From the NCBI RefSeq assembly GCF_011386835.1, contig NC_088809.1, positions 7,874,001 to 7,938,000 on the forward strand: DNA of 64,000 nucleotides, written 5' to 3'. The stretch comes from Chrysemys picta bellii (taxonomy: Eukaryota). Shown here in pieces: positions 63,717 to 64,000 of the stretch (position 1 is the stretch's first letter; each line of letters begins with the position of its first letter). The notes beneath the pieces were generated by a model that was given only the letters and a program-made list of their open reading frames with translations, was not told the DNA's origin and made no database searches. The position numbers and the translations under genes are program-made.

Positions 63717-63812
63717 TGTACATACATGCACCTCGTTATTATTGTACCAGTGCTTAGGAATCCCAGTCTAGGCGCTGTACAAACAGAGAACGGAAAGGTG
63801 GGCCCTGTCCCC
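63717..63812 (-). mobile_element. L2-clade 3' end fragment
   Basis: ttattattgtaccagtgcttagg...ctaggcgctgtacaaacag...gccctgtcccca. Confidence 0.5.
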
Positions 63813-64000
63813 AAGCGATACGCTGCCACAGCCTAGCACTGAAGGACCCTCCCCAATAACAAACGTGGGCGCACATATGATGGCGGAAAACGTTTCTAGT
63901 CAAACAGATTTGGTTTGTTACAAGCAGTGTCAAATTAAATTATATGATTGTAAATGATGTTCAAAGTCCATTTAAACAGAACTGGACTGAGGCAATCCAC

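Overview
Vertebrate genomic DNA, most likely turtle judging from the repeat content (CR1, L2 and CORE-SINE remnants, Penelope-like termini, many hAT, Tc1-mariner and Harbinger MITEs). The window holds exons 2-9 of HNF1B on the minus strand (61060 down to the stop at 17205). All eight exons have canonical AG/GT boundaries and splice into one open frame of 1333 nt. Exon 1 lies beyond the right edge. The left ~16 kb is downstream intergenic DNA with no gene I can name. There are no prokaryotic features. The main second-look items are: (1) a ~400-600 bp strand-specific GA-depleted tract in intron 3 that resembles APOBEC-type TC hypermutation or an assembly artefact; (2) hammerhead-ribozyme motifs in Penelope-like remnants, both antisense to HNF1B; (3) a DR5 retinoic-acid response element with a half T-MARE in intron 4; (4) an inverted MITE pair bracketing the frame-symmetric exon 5-7 block; (5) microRNA seed sites in the 3' UTR; (6) a 31-bp minisatellite amplified inside a hAT MITE. 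Repeat family names are pattern recognition, not database hits, and repeat boundaries without a TSD are approximate.
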